DNA of 63,559 bases, filler included, from Reticulomyxa filosa (GCA_000512085.1; 23 parts of 23 records of this genome joined end to end with filler, not necessarily neighbours in it); one strand, 5' to 3'. Counted from the first letter of the whole stretch, positions 12,570-26,029 are shown. The notes: generated by a model from the letters alone, not told the origin. Translations and numbers: made by a program.

Positions 12570-12713
12570 AAAAATGCAAAAAAATTTGTTTATAAAAATT
12601 AGATTATAATTTTTTTAAAGTTAGTCCCTTGTTTGAGTTTTTCTTCACAGACAAAAACTGTTTTGTACTTTTGTTTTTTTGTTAAACTGTTAATTATTTT
12701 TTATTTTTTTTTG
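12570..12713 (-). repeat. Inverted repeat A, right arm (runs to contig end)
   Basis: Reverse complement of 10945-11100, with an exact core at 12626-12659. Confidence 0.85.
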
Positions 12714-13284
12714 NNNNNNNNNNNNNNNNNNNNNNNNNNNNNNNNNNNNNNNNNNNNTTAATTAATTAANNNNNNNNNNNNNNNNNNNNNNNNNNNNNNN
12801 NNNNNNNNNNNNNAATGTTGATTTTTCATTGATAAAATCAATTATCATCATAAAATAGTTTTAGGCGTTCAGTTTTCTTTGCAACCTACTGTACTTAAAA
12901 ATTAAAAGTCCTTCATTTTCTTTCATTAACAATATTCATATTCTCTTTGTAGAGTTTTAGAAATTTGTTAATTGTTTGAAATGACAAAAAAAAGAATTCT
13001 GTACAATAGAAAAATAATATTCGTGTGTATGTACAAATAATGGATATTAATACTTTACACTTATTTCTCATTACAAAGTTTATATTTATTAAATAAAAGA
13101 ATTTTTTATTGACCCTTTGTGCCCTTAAAAAAAATAAATTTAAAAGCAAATTTTTCTTCATTGCATCATCAAAGCTCATCTCAAGGAAAAAAAAAATTTA
13201 TCTTAATAATGAAAGTTTCGTTTAAGCTGTATTTATAGGTTTTCATTATTATTGTTTTTATCATTTGCTTTATGATTGAAACAG

Positions 13285-14536
13285 TTAAAAGAAGAAGAGA
13301 TCCAAATCATTATTCATCATTGGATTCGAACATTCAACATTCAATTAGGATGGATCAAAGATTTTGACAAACTCGTTGTCAATTATGTTAGTTCATTTGT
13401 TTTTTCTTTTTTTCTAATATCAATCAAAATATTCAAATGTTTATTTAACATAGTCATCTACTGTCTTCATGTTTGAGACATTTCTCTCATCATCCAAATT
13501 AACCAATACATTCACTGGACATACAAAATCTGTGCGGAGTATTGATTATTCAACATTTGATGACCGTCAATTTATTTATTCTGGATCACGTGATAAAACA
13601 GTTTGCGTATGGGATGTTGATAACGACAAACAAATTCAATCATTCGATGGACATTCATCTACTGTGCTTTGTGTGAAATTTTCATTATATCATTATCATA
13701 ATCATCATCAAAATGTCATTTGTTCTTCATCATATGACAAAACCATTCGTTTTTGGGATTTCAAACATAATGAGCAATTACAAATATTCAATGAACACAC
13801 TGATTGTGTTTGTGGAATTGAATTTTCACCATTTAATGGTGGTAGATATTTGTGTTCTGGATCATATGACAAAACAATTTGTTTATGGGATGTTGAAACA
13901 TCAAAATCATTACATGTTTTCAATGGACATACAAATGGTGTTAGGTGTGTTGATATTTCACCATTACAAAAATAACAAAAATGATAATAATAATAATAAA
14001 ATGAATAATATTGGTGTGATTGGTGGAAATGGATATACAATTTGTTCTGGATCATTTGATAAAACCATTCGAATATGGGATATTGAAACAACAAAACAAT
14101 TCAATGTATTCAAAGGACATGACTATTATGTGATGAGTATAAAATATGGATCAAATGAATTATTGAATACAATATTATCTGGATCATTGGATAAAAGTGT
14201 TCGTTTGTGGGATATTCGATCTGGTCAACAAATTCAAATGTTTAATGGACATACAAATGATGTATGGTGTGTTGAATATTCACCATTTGTAATAAAGAAT
14301 AGTATTGGTAACTCAAATGTGATATGTTCTGGATCATTGGATAATACAATTCTTTTTGGGATATTCGATCAAATAAGAATGAATTGTATATGATCAAAGG
14401 AGATGAAAAAGAAGATGATGGAATATACTGTCTTAAATTTATTGAATTGAAAAAGAAAGACAAGACAAAGAATATTAAATATGATTTGAATTTGTGTTAT
14501 GGTTCAGCCAAAGGTCTCATTCGTATTTGTGGATAA
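13285..14536 (+). pseudogene. WD40-repeat gene (subfamily A) with two frameshifts
   Basis: Exon 13285-13386 (LKEEEIQIIIHHWIRTFNIQLGWIKDFDKLVVNY) and intron 13387-13453 are followed by GH...WD repeats. Frameshifts lie near 13970 and 14352, and the gene ends ...GLIRICG*. Confidence 0.85.
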
Positions 14537-14979
14537 TTTACTTTTTTGTTAGATAAGAGNNNNNNNNNNNNNNNNNNNNNNNNNNNNNNNNNNNNNNNNN
14601 NNNTTAATTAATTAANNNNNNNNNNNNNNNNNNNNNNNNNNNNNNNNNNNNNNNNNNNNATATTAAAAACTTTTTGTTTTGTTTTTGTGTACTTTGTAGT
14701 TCATCAAATTTGTAATTGAAAATGGAATCCACGTTACCGCTTAGCAATCGCATTAGTAGATGATGGTAACAATATGTTGCAAATTCTACTGGTTATCTCG
14801 CAGATTTGAAATGTTCCAATTTTGAATTCCTTAAGTTTGTATATATGTATATAAAATTAAAATTTTTTTAAGCATTTGACATTTCACTTTCTCTTTTTTG
14901 TTTAGTAACAATTATGACAGAAAATTTATCTTTGTTGAAATAAAATATAGTCGGCATTAAGACTGATTTATTTATTAAG

Positions 14980-17900
14980 GACGAAGTCTCCATTTTCGAT
15001 AAAACATGTTTTGACGAGAAGACGCAGAAGAAAGTGGATATCAAACAAGTTGTCTAAGTGGACATTGCACATCGATAGAAATATTAAATTTATGGTTTGT
15101 GTCAAGCAGGCAACAATTATCCTTTTTAATTGAATTTGACAAAGTCAAATATGGATATGATATCATTGTCTTCAATGAATCTGTTAACAACGTTATTGCC
15201 CATACGTCCATCGATCCCAACATTTTAGGAAAAAAATTGACAGAAAGCAAAAACGGTCACCACAAACACAATGGCCATTTTACACAAAGACAAATCCACT
15301 TGAACAAGCATTTCATTACACTAATAGCAATAACGTGTACTTAATTGGGGCGACGATGAAACATGTGTTGATTGATTAGTTCGAAAAGCACGTGAGTAAC
15401 ATAAATTCATGTAGCACTGCAACCAAGTGCTACAGTAAGTTCAATTGACAGAACATTGTCGCCATTCGCTCGAAATTGGAAACGATGAATTTGTCTTTTA
15501 CTAGAATAGGAAAGGACTTAGGAGTCGATTTTTGTGACATTTTTGTCTGCAAGACAAAGCTTAGCCGTAAAAATGTGGAAAAAGTGTTGCAAATTGTGGT
15601 ATGTATCAGTATGCGTATGAAACACATTTATTTTATTTTCTAATTTTTTAAAAAAGAATTAAAGAACAAACAATTGAAATTTTATTGGTTGATATATATG
15701 TCGATAGAAATGGTGGCAGATTCTGATTTTGATGATAACCAACATCGAAAGTTGAGTTATAACATTTTTTTTATTTATTATAACTAAATATTGTTGTGTT
15801 TTTTAACAGAGGAATCAAATTATAAGTGAATTCTTTTACTTAAAAGAATAAATGGCTTCATTGCGTTCGAATAGAACGAATTAATATGATGCATGGAGAA
15901 AGCAGCAGACGCAAGCGAACATTTGATGATCACTATTGCTTTGACTGGCAATCGAAGAATGGCTACATTATGAATTGAGGTTTTTTCTGTCGTATCAACT
16001 ACGACTACTTTTATTTGTTGGGCACATTGGATTAGCAGTTGAGAAACGCGAAATTTTTTCTGTTTGTGATACGTACATGTTTACCACTTTTAAAAAATAA
16101 TTTTATGCATATGTCTTTAAAAAAAAGGATTATCTAGTTGTGCTTTATCTAATTAGAATGGTCTGGTTTTGTAAAGGTATATGTCATCTATTTAAACGTA
16201 GTGATTTCGATTTACGCTTCATTGATAATGTGTTTTAGATTTTATTCGATGAACATTCTGTATTATTGCAATGGTTAAGGAATAATAGATTATTTACACA
16301 ACATCACATTTTTCATACCAATTCAAAATGAATTATTCCTGCTTTTGAAAACAGTACTTTGTAATTGGAATAATTTGACTTTGGTTTCCTCACTGAATCG
16401 ATTACGTACATCTAAGTGGTTTTTAAATAATTAGGATTTGTACGTATTTTTTTAAAAAAGAAATTTTTGTTTGCTTTTAAGAGATAATTTTTGCTTTGTT
16501 CTCTTTGCTGTTGGGCTCTATGCTGGTATTGTTGTTTTTTGTATTGTTTTTTTTATAATGAATATTTTTGAAAATATGGGAAAAATAAAAAAACATTCAT
16601 CGTTTAATCAGTACCAGTCAAATGACATATCAACTGTTTTTCTAAAAGCGAAAAATGAATGCTATTTATCAGTACAAAAAATTATTGATTTTTTGCAATT
16701 GTGGGTCATTTTTTATTTTTTTTGAACCGGTTTTTTAAAATTAACCAGTTTTTTTCAAAAAAAATTTTTGAAAAGTGTTCGATGGGGAGGGATGTAGTTC
16801 AATTTTTTTTATTTTGCTCTTTGTAATGTTTGTGTTTCGAGAACAGACAACAAAGATTTGTTAACTGCTTGCTGTCAAAAATGGTCTACTACAACTCTGA
16901 GGTTTTCATTAAGCATTCTTTTGCACAAAAGACGTTTCAAAAAGAAATGAAAGTTATAAGCGGGCTAACGAACAAATTAATTATATTACCTTATGTATTT
17001 CTTCTCTGCAATCACCAGTTGAATTGTCTATGATTTGTCAATACCTTCTCAATGGCTTAATGCATTTGGCAAGTTTTGTATCGACAACATATATATCTGC
17101 AATACTCGCAATTTATGTGTGCCAAATTGGGTCAAGCTTTGAATGGTCGTTATCATTGTCATCGAAAAGTAATAAAGATAAAGGCCCAGTTCGAAAGTTG
17201 CTATACGACAACTTAAATGGTATAATAGAGTAAAGAGCGTAATTGTAAAGCGACAATCAATTGATTCTAATAAACGTGAGTCCGGCCACACACTTAGGAT
17301 TTCAGAGCCTATCCTTCGAAATAGATGAAGTGCACATCATGAATCAACAAACAATGACATTGACATGGTGGACGAGGAAATCACTTTGGAAAATTTCATC
17401 GTTGCTTTGTAAGAAGGCAATATCTTATCGTGAAGGAACCTGATAAACAGATCGAGTACTCCACTTGTCAAAGTCTCTTCCCTGTGAGATCACATGTTGC
17501 TTAAGACCTTTATCAAAGCTAGACAGTTATGTGGCATCGTGAAACCAATGGACACAACGCTCCTTCTAGTCTTAGTCACACTTCCAATAGCTCCTCCAGT
17601 GCTTGGTCTCGGATGATCGCTTGATAGCATGAGCCATTTTCTAAACGCTTTTTCCTGCTTTTTTAAATCTACTTTTGATTGTTGTTATTCTTTTTTTTAA
17701 TAGTCTGTTTTGAAAAATAAAGTTTTTTTAGTTTGATCTAAAAAGATTTTAAAAATATGCAATGCAATCGAACAGTAGCCAAAAATATCATAATATTAAA
17801 TTGAATTTTTAAAATAAAAAATGAAAAATCAACATATCAAATTAAAAAATATGCTACAAGGGGGTGTAGTTCAATTTTTTTTTTCTTTTCTTTGAAATGT

Positions 17901-18700
17901 TTGCATTTGAACAGCAAACAGCAAAGCTTTATTGACCACTTGCTTCCATCTCTGAAGTGGAGAGTGGTCTTCTACAGCTGTGAGGAAGCTAACTTTGTTT
18001 TTTCAAATAATGTTCTTAGGTATTAGTCAGTTAATTTGGATAACATTCTTGCAAAGTCCATTCATTTATTATCATTTTTGTTTGAAATAATTTCCAATTT
18101 CTTTGTATTGGCATTGAAAGTAATTTTACTGAATGCACTTTTATTTGTTGATGTTTTTGACGAGATGCAACTTTTTTTTGTCCAATTGAACTAACAAACT
18201 TTATTGAACACATCCGGAGTGTTAACAAGACCGAATGAAATTAAAAAGATATTGTCGACACATGAGAAAGTTGTAAAATTGTTTCATGACTACACAAAAG
18301 TCACTCAAAATGGTTGATCAATAGTCAATGTGTGCTCGGATAGATCAAGTAACAAATCTAAAATTTTTGAGCAATATTTGTTGCTCTTGGAAGTGAATAT
18401 CTTGATGAACAATGCTTAGATTTCGTTTGGACAGATTATCCTAACAATGGTTTTTGGGTCATAGCTGCTCAACCATCAGATAGGAATATTTTTTATTTTC
18501 ATTGATAGAACAAAGATTGCATTTTTCGTTCGCTGGAAGACAAAAAAAATTACAAATTTTTTTTCATTAGTTTTTCAATGATGAAAATAGAAAGTCTTTG
18601 TTCTCAAGTTTCAATGACAAAAATACCACCTCGAATAACACATTTCATATCAATAATCGCTTTAGATATGAGAGGATTGTGTCCAATTGAACGAATATGT
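14980..18700 (+). pseudogene. Heavily decayed fragments of an unidentified multicopy gene family
   Basis: Short coding-like stretches riddled with stops (QLSFLIEFDKVKYGYDII; MVYYNSE; FFCPIELTNFIEHI), plus an internal duplication. The family cannot be established by eye. Confidence 0.35.
16780..17985 (+). repeat. Diverged direct repeat pair, ~16780-16905 and ~17858-17985
   Basis: GGGATGTAGTTCAATTTTTTT...TGGTCTACTACAACTCTGAGG versus GGGTGTAGTTCAATTTTTTT...TGGTCTTCTACAGCTGTGAGG. Confidence 0.7.
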
Positions 18701-19660
18701 TGGGTACTAACTGACGTCAAGTTTTGAGTACTAACAAGTAAAAACTCAAACTTCACATGAAATCTANNNNNNNNNNNNNNNNNNNNNNNNNNNNNNNNNN
18801 NNNNNNNNNNTTAATTAATTAANNNNNNNNNNNNNNNNNNNNNNNNNNNNNNNNNNNNNNNNNNNNTTTTTTATTCTTTTCTTCTTTTTTTTCTTTTTCT
18901 ATCTTTTTTCTTTTTCTTCTTTTAATTTTTTTTTTTCATTTTTTTCCATTGTCTCTTTTTTTTTTATCATTTTCCAATTTTTTTCATTTTTTAATTTTAT
19001 TTTTTCCATTTTCTTCCCCCTATTTCTTTCATTCTTTTTTCCACCACTCCCTTTTTTATCATCCCTTTTTCTCATCCCTTTTTTTCAACTACCTTTTTTT
19101 CAAATCCCTTTTCCTTTTCCAAAATTCCCAATTACTATCAAATAAAAAAATAAAAATTTACAATCTTTTTGCCATTGATTCCTATAAAATATATTCACAA
19201 ACTAAAAAAATGTTCTAATTTTTTTAAAAGAAAAAACAAAAAACACACCTTGCCCGCAGAGCTCAAAGCTCCATTTCCAATCTAACTATTTTTTTTTCTT
19301 TGCACACAGAGGGGGGAAAAACTTTTTTTTTGATGGGGGCGTGCCTATTACCAAACACAAACAAACGTCTGATAAAAAAACAAAAAAAAACAAAACATAA
19401 AAATAAACCTTTTTATTTTTTTTTGAATGCAGGGTGGCTTCAACCCCTGTGTTTTTCTTTGGAGGATGGACACGTATAATTTTTTTTTTTGGATAGACGG
19501 GCTGAAGCTGTTATTGAAATCACACAAAGTTAATTATGTAAAAAAACAAAACAAAAAAATAACAAACCTTATTTTCTCCTCGCGGAGACGGTGGGCCTTG
19601 CTCATATTCATTTTTTTTTTCTTTTGTTAAAGGATGCACAGCATCCAAATAAAAAAACCA

Positions 19661-20088
19661 TTTTTTTTTATCAAAGTTGGAGGTCTGTTAAAAAAAAATA
19701 AAACAACTTCTTTAAGTTGAAAAATAATTTTAAAAAATAGAAAAAGACGTACCAGTGTTGCTGAAGAGTGCGTATATCACACTAATTACGAACTGGTGCG
19801 AGAAGAGACAACCAAAGAAAAAAAAAAGACTTTTTTTTCTTGAATAAGACATAAATGCACAACTCATAAATGTTTATAAAAAAGAAGTAAATTTGCAATT
19901 TTTTGTAATATTTTGACATTTTTGACAAAATAACTTAAAAAAAATGATTGTTCAAATTTTTGTAATTATTTCATTTTTGGTTCTATAATTGTAATTCCAA
20001 AAACAGATCATTGAAATTTAAATTGTTTTTTTGAATGAGTCTTACTTTTTGAGTAATGACTTTTCTCTGGAAGAGAAAAAGTTCTCTT
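19661..20088 (+). repeat. Inverted repeat B, left arm (~430 bp)
   Basis: Aligns along its length to the reverse complement of 24044-24470. Shared blocks include ATCACACTAATTACGAACTGGTGCGAGAAGA and AACTCATAAATGTTTATAAAAAAGAAGTAAATTTGCAATTTTTTGTAATATTTTGAC. Confidence 0.92.
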
Positions 20089-20439
20089 GGGAATAGAAAT
20101 AGAACTTTGATGCAAGTATTGGTTTTGTCGAAATAGTCATTTGCAACAATGGACTTTTTTTTTATCAGTTTTAAAAGAAAAGGTTTGACGAAAAAATACA
20201 ATTATATTGCAGATAAAATAGGATAAAATTAAAAACAAAAAAAAGGTTTTCTAAAAGAACAAGATAGAGGGAAAACACAAATAATACTATCGTGCAAATA
20301 CGAACTGCAATCAAAACAAGATTGACAGTGTTGTCAATATAATTTAGATGTTGATTGTTGTAATGCTGACAAAATTTTTTTTCCTATAAAAAAAAAACAG
20401 CCAACAGAGAAATTTGGGCGGAGAGAAAGAGATAGATGG

Positions 20440-23095
20440 ACTGATTATTCGGATTCATTTGTAGTGGGCATGATTTCAACGTCTTGTTCAGCATGTGCAC
20501 CCACATCTTCTCGCAAAGCGTCAAAAGCTTCATCTGCAGCTGAAGATTGGTCATTTGAGTTCCGAGCCAAAAATGGTTCATCCATCATACATTTTTTGGA
20601 ACAGTTGTTGTGACTTTTTTTTTCAAAAAAAAAAATGAAGCAAAAAAAAAAAGAAGAAAAGAAAACTTACCTGCTAAACAACGTTTTCATATCTCAAAGT
20701 ATCATCTAAATCTCGAACGACAAAGACATTGCGAGTGATGTGTTGTGTGTTAACACTTCGAATCCTTTGTTCATACAAACAGTAAAAAAGCACAGTGGAT
20801 TTGTTGCTATGTTCTGGTTGGATCGTGATACAACAGTTCAAAGCATCGTTTCAGGTTTGCCTTAATTCTTCAATATTGTTTTGATTCGCCAATGTTCACA
20901 TATACGTTAAATCTAGAAGCATTTATTTCCACAAACAAACAAATGGTGACTCTTTTTTCAAAAAAAAAAATCAAATAAAATATTGCAGTAATAATTGTAA
21001 TTGCCAAAACATAGTCCGTCAGGAACAACAAGGGAGGTATGATCCAATTGAATGATGTGAATGAAACAAGGGTTTTGAAAGAGGGATATGAATAACTCCA
21101 TTATGACTGCCACGTTGTTTCTTCCGATCGTCATTATCCGCAAAAGGATCAGGTGGGTCATTGATAGCAGACGACCACAAATTCGCGATTAGACGCATCG
21201 CTGCATACAAGCTCAGTTCGAATAATTGCAGGAACACTTTGTGAGCCGTCAGCTAAGTATCGTCGAAAACTTACCTTTGCCATCATGGTCTTGAGCAAAT
21301 GATTTATCCAATACTTTCATTTCTATTGATTCCTTTCATATATATGTTATATATTTTTTATTATTATGTCGTTTGTTCATTTGAATAAACAAAGCAAAAT
21401 TATAAATGATAAATGATTATCAAAGTAAACAAGCTATTTCAACACGGCCATTACTTATAATTTTCCAATCATTTTGCCTCCTTTTTCAACTCCACGTTTG
21501 CCAAAGCTAGGAGTGTCCGAACATCTGACAATATAAAATCCAAAGCAGTTCAATCCAAAATATTCTTACAAAATAATGTATCTCTAAAAAAGATCTCAAC
21601 TCCTTCAAATCCATTCTTCAACGCAATAATGTTGTCCACATCAACAACTTGTTTTGATTCAACTTTTTCTCGATCTTTGTTGATGGTGGTTAACCGACGA
21701 TTCAATTCAAACTCGTTGTTTGCGCATTGTATTTTCGGTTACCATGCACAATCTATCCATCGACTGATAATTTGCAGGAGATTCCATTTCCAGGTCTTCA
21801 GGAGTTGTTTCTCCTTCAGCATTTCTGCACGAGTTTTTTCACTATTGAGTCCACATCGCCAACGCATGCAAAGTATCTTTTTTCATTCAATCATCAAATA
21901 AGAATGTCTTGTCAATATATCCTACGTTCACACTTATATTCTCTTCTTTTCAAAATAAACCAAAATCTTTTCAATATTTGTACCTTTGTCCTCCAATTAT
22001 TCCATTGCCACAATTTGCAATATGCTCAAGTGGCCTCAATCATCAATTGGCACATCGAACATGTTGGCTTGCCCTTTATGAATATATATGCACACATACT
22101 TATATATATATTATTTTTGGATATACTCAAATTTGGAACGCTTAAAGCTGAGAAACTGTTAGAAAAAAAAGCTGAGACTGACCCATGGCTTTGTCTTTAA
22201 GCAAGACACAGCTCTCAATGCGAAGAAGACTTCTTCATTGTGGCTGCCATTCTCCAGTTGTTTGACTATTATTTCCTTTATAACAAATAAGCCATGTTCC
22301 TCTTTGGTGGTAAAGTAGTTGCTGTCATTGTGATTTTTCATATCGAATTCGTCCAATTCAATGACGAACCAATCATCTTTCCCAATGTATTTGATCACAC
22401 CTGCAAAAAAATCAACAGATTATTTTTTTAAGCTGTCAAAAATCGATATGTAACTCAACAAATTAAAAGTGGAAAAAAGGCATGTGTATATGTACATTAT
22501 GTATACATACATATACATAATATATACGTATGTTTTTAAAAAAACACCTTTTTCATTATTAGTTAATTCAATTCGATTACCAATGACATAATCACAAGCT
22601 GAGTAGTATGTGTAATCATAGTGAGTTCTTGTACGATCTTGCACTTGACAGATCGTCGACTGCTGGTTCACATCATTGCTATTTACAGGTGTGCCGTTAT
22701 CAAAATTGGCCAATCGATGATTGTGTGGTGGAATAACCTTTTGCGATTTGGTCCAATGTGGCTTTGTTTACAAACTTGTTTGAAAAGATATGCAAAGAAG
22801 CTGTTCGTGGTGTTTCTTTGTCATAATGTTGTACTTATTCTGTTCGTCCAGCTGCTCAAAATTTTCAGAATATGTTATCGCTGTTTCAAGAAACCTATCG
22901 CTTGAATATTCTGCGGTCTTAACATACTCAGCCGTCGCCGTAGTGTTTTTATCACTTGTCGAAATTGTGGTGTCATGTCTTTCTTTTTGAAGATCCCTTT
23001 CTTCGTCAAGTCTACTTTGGAGGATCTTGACTTTAAAGACCAATTGCAACTTTGTCCACGTCGTTAAGTTGAGTTCTCCACTGTCAAGGATTCTA
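20440..23095 (-). pseudogene. Multi-exon CAP-Gly domain gene, decayed
   Basis: Splicing intron 22401-22547 (GT-AG) gives YVIGNRIELTNNEKGVIKYIGKDDWFVIELDEFDMKNHNDSNYFTTKEEHGLFV, a CAP-Gly pattern. There is a premature in-frame TAA at 22768-22770, and several stops and frameshifts in the downstream exons. Confidence 0.7.
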
Positions 23096-24043
23096 CGGGA
23101 GAAACCTTTTTTTTAAACTATATTTTTTGATAAGAAATCATAGCTTTAAAAATAGAATAAATTATGTTTGTTGTCCAATCCCCACCCCTGGTTCAAAAAT
23201 TATGGTTGAAGATATACATATTTTGATAGTGTATCATCGGATTGTGTGTACATCTACATATGATTTTTCATCTTTTTTCTTACTTTCGGTATCAAATATT
23301 TTTCCCACTTATGATAATTCCAAAAAAAAGGAGTATAAATTGAATGGTTGATAACTTTGTTTTTTATTTTGGATAGTCAAAGCATTGAAGTATTAGACTT
23401 GAAATGTTTTGAAATGAGTCTTTAGTTTATTTCTTTATTTGGTCACAAAACAGCGACAAAAAAAAGACCTAATAAAAAGATTTTGGTAAAAAAAGTGCCC
23501 CACAAAAAAAACAAACTAATACGTACATTAACATTGAGAAACTTCGTTGTAACAATTGACCCTCTCATTGTTGTGATGATTTTTTTGTAATTCCACGTAC
23601 TGATTATGATGAACATCAATTTCGATTGATGAACAGAACACTATTGTAGACTTTATTTTTGATTGTGAAAATGTGTGATCGAATATCTGATTTATTTATT
23701 TATGAATAATTTCATGTATTTTTCATTTAACAAACAAAAAAATTATATCCTCGCTTTGATTGTGAAAATAGATATACAACATCAAACTAAATGTGCCAAT
23801 CAGGAGAAACCACAAAAGATAAACGCATTTGTTAGACCGCGATAACAGCACATTTTTTTTGAATTTTTTGTTATTTTGAGTGTCTTGAGTTTACACTGAC
23901 TCTATTATTTCTTTTTCTGCAACTGTTACATTTTTGCAGTGAGTACATGGAGAAGGAATCCTTTAGAAGCGAGTTCCATGTTGTAGACTTTGGCTTGTTT
24001 GGTTATTTGAAGAGATAAGAGCAAAACCATTTTCATAATGTCT

Positions 24044-24470
24044 AAGAGAACTTTTTCTCTGAAAGAGAAAAGTCATTAATCAAAAAGTAAGGATTATTCC
24101 AAAAAAAAGAATTTTAATTCAATTATTTATGGCTAATTTATTTTTGGAATCACGAAATAATATACAAAAATTGTAACAATTATTTTTTTCAAGTTATTTT
24201 GTTAAAAAAGTCAAAATATTACAAAAAATTGCAAATTTACTTCTTTTTTATAAACATTTATGAGTTTTGCATTTGTGTCTTACTTAAGAAAAAAAGGTAT
24301 TTTTTTTTTCTTTGGTTGTATATCTTCTCGCACCAGTTCGTAATTAGTGTGATCTTTGCACTCTTCGCAAAACATTGGTACGTCTTTTTTCTTTTTTAAG
24401 TTATTTTTCAACTTAAAAAAGTGATTTTGTTTTGTTTTTTTTGAATAGACCACAAACTCTGAAAAAAAAA
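24044..24470 (-). repeat. Inverted repeat B, right arm
   Basis: Reverse complement of 19661-20088 with scattered substitutions and indels. Confidence 0.92.
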
Positions 24471-25199
24471 AAAGACAATGAGAAAAAGGAAAAAAAGAAA
24501 AAGAAAAAAAGAATAAAGATAAAAAAAAAAATAAAGAAAAATAAGAAAAAAAAAAGAAAAAAAAAAAATAAAAAAAATAAAATAAAGAAATTAGTAAAAA
24601 NNNNNNNNNNNNNNNNNNNNNNNNNNNNNNNNNNNNNNNNNNNNTTAATTAATTAANNNNNNNNNNNNNNNNNNNNNNNNNNNNNNNNNNNNNNNNNNNN
24701 AGAGCAATGGAATAGACATTGGATATGTGAAGGAGTAGATAATCTGAGACATAATATGACACGATATTTCCTATATAACCTGATGGAAGCACAATCATTT
24801 GAGAAGATTGTTATGCATTCATTGACATTTAGTGAACGCAAAATCATTTGTCGGTTGATCAATATTGTTTTTTCTTTAACTATTTTTGCATGGACCTTGG
24901 TCGTTGTAAGATTTGTGTACTGTGTTCTATTTCTTAGAACGAGGTGCTCTCTTAACTTGAAAGACCTGAGTTTGTGCAGGTAGAGAGGGCAAAAGAAGTG
25001 CAAGTTGAGGATGAAGCGAGAGAGTAGTCCGAAACTTGACACGCCCCCACTGCAGCCCATCTAAAAAAAAAAATACTCCAGTGACGAACATAAAGATACT
25101 GGAAATTATAATCGATGTCCTTCTTCTTCGATCTAAATCCTTTTTGCAATAAACAGATATGAGATCTGGTATTCTTAATGTTAATTTCATCTCTTGATC

Positions 25200-25841
25200 T
25201 GTTACCAATCCCCATCTGAATCAATGCTGGATTGATTGCAAGAAGGATTGAAATGCTGATTTCATCTCTGCCAATTAGCGATAAAATTTCATCAGCATCA
25301 GCTTTCTTATTTTTCTGCTTTTGATCGTTGACCTTTTCTTATTCTTCTTTCTATTGGTTTTTTTTGGTTTTTGTGGGTCATTATTGTTTTCACTTCCATT
25401 TGATTTTTGTCCTTTGGCAGCATCAGTATAAGAGTAATTCTTGGCTTGTTGCACATTTGATTTAATGGAACGGTTTGAGATGCTTTTTTCTTCAGGAATG
25501 CATCATCGTTAATTTAATACCAAGTTTTTCTCTTGCCTTGCGAATTACTTTACACTGCACAGAATTACTTGGATGTTGCCCATTACATAACACACATTTG
25601 TGTTCTTGTTTCTGCATTTTGCTGCTTCGTGATTATCCATAATCTTCTAATGTTTCTTTAATGTTGTTATTGCCTTCGTGGATTTATACACCACGAAACA
25701 GGATAAATCTATTCACTTCAGGATTTGTCACTGCTTCTCGTCTTCTCTTTTGTTCAGCAGCGAATGTCTTGCGATAAATATCACATCTTGGCTTGCCTTA
25801 CAATTCTTGTTACCATCTTGGTTTTCTTTTGTTCGTATTTG
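25200..25841 (-). mobile_element. Non-LTR retrotransposon (LINE) ORF1/gag-like remnant
   Basis: KCVLCNGQHPSNSVQC (C-x2-C-x3-H-x6-C knuckle, ~25552-25596) is preceded by NRFILFRGV...IKETLEDYG and followed by SYTDAAKG and a basic low-complexity tail. Interrupted by stops. Confidence 0.6.
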
Positions 25842-26029
25842 NNNNNNNNNNNNNNNNNNNNNNNNNNNNNNNNNNNNNNNNNNNNTTAATTAATTAANNN
25901 NNNNNNNNNNNNNNNNNNNNNNNNNNNNNNNNNNNNNNNNNTTTTTTTTTTTTTTTTTTTTTTTTTTTGTTTTTTTTAACCTCCCTCCCTTGTTCCCGTC
26001 CCCCTTTGTTGTGGTTTGGTTTGCTTCCG

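Noticed and set aside
14980-18700. Assignment of these fragments to an RNF213-like AAA ATPase family
   Set aside because: Only a vague recollection of similar hypothetical proteins. No Walker or other diagnostic motif is visible, so a BLASTX would be required.
18867-19218. Phe/Ser-rich ORF and T/C-rich tract (likewise the Lys-rich ORF at 24432-24600)
   Set aside because: Low-complexity, low-quality contig ends, not credible genes.
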